DNA of 61,485 nucleotides from an uncultured Planctomycetaceae bacterium (GTDB lineage Bacteria; Planctomycetota; Phycisphaerae; SM23-33): NCBI GenBank assembly GCA_964497475.1, contig CAZCDM010000001.1, positions 1 to 61,485 of the forward strand, read 5' to 3'; not shown here. More notes on it, generated by a model (position 1 is the first letter of the stretch). It saw only the letters and a program-made list of their open reading frames with translations, ran no database searches and was not told where the DNA came from.

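Noticed and set aside
8832-61250. Many + strand ORFs of 60-160 aa in the other two + frames (for example 8832-9263, 11625-12104, 37329-37766, 52155-52643)
   Set aside because: These are out-of-frame readings (+1/+2) of the giant ORF. They are Arg/Pro/Ser/Trp/Cys-rich nonsense typical of off-frame GC-rich coding DNA, and none is in the = 2 mod 3 phase.
8492-61485. Giant ORF as an assembly artefact (collapsed or concatenated repeats)
   Set aside because: The internal repeats are diverged: about 50-60 % amino-acid identity between the large paralogous modules, with only short identical DNA stretches of 15-18 nt. That level of identity should not cause mis-joins, and unique domains are interspersed. 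Long-read confirmation is still desirable.
8492-61485. Common giant-adhesin domains (cadherin, Ig-like/BIg, VCBS, FG-GAP, Calx-beta, hemagglutinin repeats)
   Set aside because: I could not recognise their signatures by eye in any of the segments I translated. I therefore left the repeat families unnamed rather than guess, and profile searches are needed.

Overview
GC-rich window. Hand counts of sample lines give about 60-65 % GC, falling to about 45-50 % at 6.9-8.5 kb and about 50 % in the one line counted near 54.5 kb. Every credible gene is on the + strand.

Layout:
- A small DUF3467-like gene (225-596).
- A tightly packed four-gene cassette (839-7945; stop-start gaps of 6, 1 and 26 nt). 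It encodes a GAF-HlyD adaptor, an M50 zinc protease fused to a HlyD-like periplasmic module, a C-terminally truncated SecA-like ATPase, and a third HlyD-like adaptor with a signal peptide.
- A 546-bp AT-richer spacer.
- ATG 8492, which opens one reading frame (+ strand, codon starts = 2 mod 3) with no stop up to the window end. That is at least 17,664 codons (about 53 kb, 86 % of the window), still open at 61485.

This giant ORF is absent from the supplied ORF track because it has no stop inside the window. Most of the long minus-strand ORFs listed over 9-61 kb, including all the largest, are codon-aligned antisense shadows of it.

The giant protein starts with an Arg-rich leader followed by LEPRVMLS, a Planctomycetota-type N-terminal motif. 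It is very acidic and Cys-poor and is built from nested, diverged repeats:
- A roughly 1,200-aa super-repeat scaffold carrying in-frame arrays: a 325-codon W/F pentapeptide array and two Asp/Leu-rich arrays.
- A duplicated module of about 1,250 aa that ends in RTX Ca-binding nonapeptides (two copies).
- One intact-looking Amidase_2 (peptidoglycan amidase) domain between the two mega-modules.
- About 12 tandem solenoid-like repeats of about 115 aa.
- A W/Y/H-rich, lower-GC island of about 1,650 aa.

Main hypothesis (inference only): the HlyD/M50/SecA-like cassette is a dedicated export/processing machine without an ABC transporter, serving the neighbouring giant RTX/amidase surface protein. I found no rRNA, tRNA, CRISPR array or mobile element.
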